A stretch of DNA of 64,000 bases from Monocercomonoides exilis PA203 (Eukaryota > Protista > Preaxostyla): the NCBI GenBank assembly GCA_001643675.2, contig LSRY02000025.1, positions 310,001 through 374,000 of the forward strand. Direction: 5' to 3'. Every line of letters starts with the position of its first letter. The stretch's first letter is position 1. Under the pieces are notes generated by a model. That model saw only the letters and a list, made by a program, of their open reading frames with translations, searched no databases and had not been told where the DNA came from. Both the position numbers and the translations under genes were made by a program. Shown here piece after piece: positions 59,862 to 64,000 of this stretch.

Positions 59862-62800
59862 ATGAATCATCAATATTTTTTAATTTTCACGCTTCTTCTA
59901 TCGTTCATTTATTCTGGAAAGTCATTTGGGTATCGAGCCCAACAACTTTCAAAACCTCAACAACAAATGCCCCAACCAAATAGAAATGCTGATCCAATAG
60001 GACAGGGTGGATTTAATCCTTTTTCCAAGCCAGATCAGTTTTTTGGAGATGCTTTTTCAAGTACTGGAGAAGAAATTAATAGAATTGTTGAAACAACAAA
60101 GAATGATATTTTATATTCAACATTTTCAGGAGCTGAGAATCTAATTCCACAACCGTTTTCTTCAAATTTGATGCCTCTGTCTTCAAATCCGAGATCTTTA
60201 GAAACAACTCAGGAAAGGCATCACCAAGAAATATCCAACATGATTGATAATGGCACTATAGTCCATCAACTGAAAATCGGAAGAAATAATGTTTTGCTTT
60301 TAGATATTCCTGTTGAATCTACAGAGCAAATTACGTCAGTCCATTTCATGATCCGTAACGGAGCATCTCACTCAGATTCTTCTGTCATATCAGAAACCGA
60401 AGAACACTTTCCGAAGACTCCACGCACAACAACCACAATCACTACCCAGGAGAATCAAGACACGACAGACACTTCACTTCTCAGCGACAGAAATAGGATT
60501 AAATTATCAGCATTCGATGGTTTGAGTCTATTTTATTATCAAATATGAATAGATATTCTGATATTAATTTATTTATTAACATATTTGCGTTTCAATGCTG
60601 TGTATTTTTTGTTGAATTTAATAAATTTCTGAAATTATTAATTAATTTATCGAAGCTCCGCAACCACACGTCACATTAATCAGTCCACTTTCTTCACCTT
60701 CACTCAACAAGCGCTTTTCAAACACATCATCTTCAGATGAGCAAAAGTTTGCAAATTTCTTTTATTTCAGCAAAAAATTAATTCATGAACTTAAAAATTA
60801 AAAAAATTTGTTATTTTATTTTATTTTATTTTATTTTATTTTCCTCTACATTGCAATCACCATCATCACCATCATCATCATCTTCCTCCTCCTCTTTCTT
60901 TTCCTCCTCTTCCTCTTCCTCCTCCTCCTCCTCATCTCCACAATCCATAACAACAACAACCACACTATCATCACACAAACATCCTCATTTCTTTCATTGT
61001 TGTCAGTTGGAGCGAAGGACTTGGATTCCGACCGAAGAATCTTCGTCTTCAGAAGGAGCCTCCAAAGGCAAACATCACTCCAATTGGACTGACGGAAGAG
61101 GAGAAAGGTGTGTGGTGGTGGTGGTGGTGGTGGTAAATGGGTGGATTTTCTCTTATCTTATCTTTTCTTTTCTTTTCATTCAGTCAATAATTCATCCGTT
61201 TTTTCTTTATCTTTCTTTATCTTTCTTTCTCTTTCTTTCTCTTTCTTTCTCTTTCTTTCTCTTTCTTTCTCTTTCATGTTTATTGCTCTCAAAACAATAA
61301 CAATACCCATTCAAATTCTCTTCTTTCTTTCTTTCATTCTCATTCTCATTCTCATTCTCATTCTCATTCTCATTCTCATTCTTTCTTTCTCTCTCTCCTC
61401 TCCTCTCACATTCCCTCTCAGATCCCTCTGATGTGCCCGTGTTCGAGGTGTTCAGCCAGCGGAGGGACATCTCAAGCACATACGAGCAGAAGAAGAAAAG
61501 AGCACAGCAATCTGAAGGTCCCCAGTCAGAACTGAATCAGGGAACACACGTGTTTGGGGTGGATGACAGAAAGGCATTCAAGAATGCATCGTATCCATGG
61601 TGTGTGTGTGTATGTTTGTGTGTATGTATGTATTTGTTTATGAATGTGAATGTATGTATATGAATGAATGTATGTTTATGTATATGGGTATATGAATATA
61701 TGTATATATGTGATGTGATGTGATATGAATGAATAAATGAATGAATGAGATTAATAAATAAATAAATAAATAAATTAAATGAATGGATGAATGAGGTTGA
61801 ATGTTACAAGAAAGATATCTTGAATGAGAGAAGAAATGAAGTGATTGAGGAGTGAAACGAGCATTTATTATTGAAATTATCATTTTTTGCTTTTCTTATC
61901 AGAGTTGAGCGATGAAATAAATAATAATAATAATAATAACTGTACACAATAATTTATTTATTATCCTCCTTATTTCTTAATTCATTACTTATTCATTTCT
62001 TTCTTTGTTTCTTTTATTTATAAATTTATTCATTAATAAAATATTTCTTTCTTTCTTTCTTTATTTCTCTCAATATTTCTTTCTCTTTTCCATTCTTCCA
62101 AATTACCCCTTCCAATCCCCCTCCTCCTTCCCACTCCCTCATCTCCTCTTTCCAACCCACATTCAGGTCAGCTGTGGGAAGAGTGAGGAGTGCAAAAGGT
62201 GTTTGTACAGGCACATTGGTTGGGAAGAGGTTGGTTGTGACTGGTTCTCATTGCATTCCATGGACATCAAAGGGAGGGGCTGAATGGATTACGTATGTGT
62301 GGGATGGGATGGGGAGAGGATGAGATGGGAGAGAATGAGATGGAATGGAGAGGGGAATGGAGAGGGGATTTTGGAGGGGATAGAGGGAGTGGAAGAGAGA
62401 AAGAGAGAAAGAAAGAGGGGAAGAAAGAAAAGGAGTAAGCTGTAACCTTTTATATGCAATTATTTTCTTTTGATGAATGATTTGATTTATTTCTATTTTT
62501 GATTTATTCATTCATAATTTTTTCCAAATTTTCAAATTTAAATTCTTTTGTTTTTATTTAAATAAAAAAAATTTAATTGTTAAATCTTCTCTTTCACTTT
62601 CTCTATCTCTATCTCTATCTCTATCTCTCTCTCTTTTTCTCTCTCTCTTTCTTCCTCCTTTCCTCACCCCCTCCCCCTCCTCACCCAGTTTCACCCCTGC
62701 CTATTATCGTTCTGAAGAGCCCTTCGGCTCCTGCGGTGTGGAGAATGTGCTTGTCTATGTGAAGATTTCAGGGGCGATGACAAACTTGCAGTCAGCATTT

Positions 62801-63261
62801 GACCAAGCCATTCTCGTTCTGAAGGAGCCGCTGGGCGAAAAAGCAGGTTATGTTGGCTACACCACGTTCCAGAGGGATTGGCTGGGGAAACCGTATTGGT
62901 GTGGTGAAATGGAGTTTATTTTATATATTTTATAATTAATATTATTTTATTATTTATTTTTGTGGAGTAATTATTATAAATGTTTTTTTATTTGCTTTGA
63001 TTAATTAAAAATTGAATATTTTCAAAATTATTTCATTTTTTTTTCCATTTAACTTTCTTTCTTCTTCTCTTTCATTTCTTTTTTATAAAAAAAAATCCTT
63101 AATTATCCACTCAGGTACAATGTTGGCTATCCCATAGAGCTCCAACAAAGTGGTGTGCCTGTCATTTCGAGTGAGGGAAGCATTGATTTCATGGACGAAT
63201 ACTCTATTCAGTCATGGAAGAGCTATCTGCTGGGAACATTCATTGACATGACAAGTGGTAT

Positions 63262-63296
<35 letters not shown>

Positions 63297-63665
63297 CATC
63301 TTTGGATTAATTAATTAATTTATTATTAATTTATGAATAAATGAAAAATGATTTTGTCTTTCTTTCTTTCATTTTTATTTTATTTTATTTTATAATTATT
63401 TTATTTGGCTTTCTTTTTTTTTTTTCTATTTTAAAATAATTCATGAATTATGTATTTTCTGAATTGAAACTTGACAACTAAAGGACATTCTGGAGGACCT
63501 GTTTGGGGATTCTTTGGAGATGAAGATTTTCCAAGGGTTGTTGCACTTATTAGTTCAGAATCTGCAACAAAGGGAAATGATAAAGACGGAGATAATAATC
63601 TATCTGGAGGACCAGCACTCACTCACCTCATTAACTATGCGAGAGAGCAATATGAAGATGCTTAA
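59862..63665 (+). CDS. Secreted chymotrypsin-fold (S1, V8/glutamyl-endopeptidase-like) serine protease with a long pro-region, 562 aa, 8 exons
   Basis: Exons 59862-60519, 60656-60746, 61007-61107, 61422-61599, 62167-62292, 62689-62898, 63115-63257, 63484-63665; all phases are consistent. Signal peptide; VFGVDDR..SYPWSAVGRV; CTGTLVGKRLVVTGSHC (His); AFDQAILVL (Asp); NVGYP; DMTSGHSGGPVW (Ser). Confidence 0.9.
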
Positions 63666-63670
63666 ATAAT

Positions 63671-63929
63671 TTAATTCTTTGTTGTTTTTTTATTCATAAC
63701 AAAAGATTTAAAAACCACTATTTTAAGTTTAATAAAAGGGTTATGATCACAGCGAAAATTTATGGATACTGCAACACAAGTACAAGAGTCGTGGTGGGAA
63801 GCGACGAAGCACTTTGAGTTTAAAGTTGGTGTTACGCCTTTCACACAACCCTGGTTCATTGCAATGTCCATGATTTTGTACCTCGCTGGATTGTATTTTG
63901 GAACCAAATACATGGAAAATCGACCAGCT
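63671..63929 (-). CDS. Possible last exon of a convergent gene that starts beyond the window
   Basis: Coding-like composition; open frame GRFSMYLVPKYNPARYKIMDIAMNQGCVKGVTPT...; upstream AT-rich intron-like sequence ending in AAG. Frame uncertain. Confidence 0.35.
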
Positions 63930-64000
63930 TACAAACTTAGAATGTTCACAGCAATTCATAAGTATAGAAATTTATTATTTAAAATTTCTAATATGCATTC

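Overview
Eukaryotic, AT-rich, intron-rich protist DNA in the standard genetic code. Gene families and low-complexity style suggest an oxymonad such as Monocercomonoides (inference). I rebuilt gene models by hand from GT..AG introns. Genes: (1) a giant modular E/K-rich coiled-coil gene (- strand, runs off the left edge, absent from the ORF track); (2) a ~3950-aa EF-hand/WD40 protein inflated by poly-Ser, head-to-head with a 4-exon CaMK1-like kinase; (3) four paralogues of an unknown alpha-helical family, one a pseudogene split by a pogo-type transposon; (4) a 2738-aa beta-helix receptor-like pseudokinase and a 579-aa kinase-less relative; (5) a 5-exon TMEM147 homologue head-to-head with an 8-exon secreted V8-like serine protease, neither recognisable in the ORF track. 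Mobile DNA: a Tc1 DD34E element with IR/DR-type ends, an intron-containing DD35D pogo element, a decayed Merlin/IS1595-like transposase and several MITE/foldback families, some nested. The most notable signals are an atypical splice code (donor GT[T/A/G]TG with T at +4 in 23 of 24 modelled introns; 9 of 24 acceptors AAG), the bacterial-type protease, the receptor pseudokinase/kinase-less pair, and two transposases each disabled by one stop codon. No RNA genes or CRISPR arrays were recognised.
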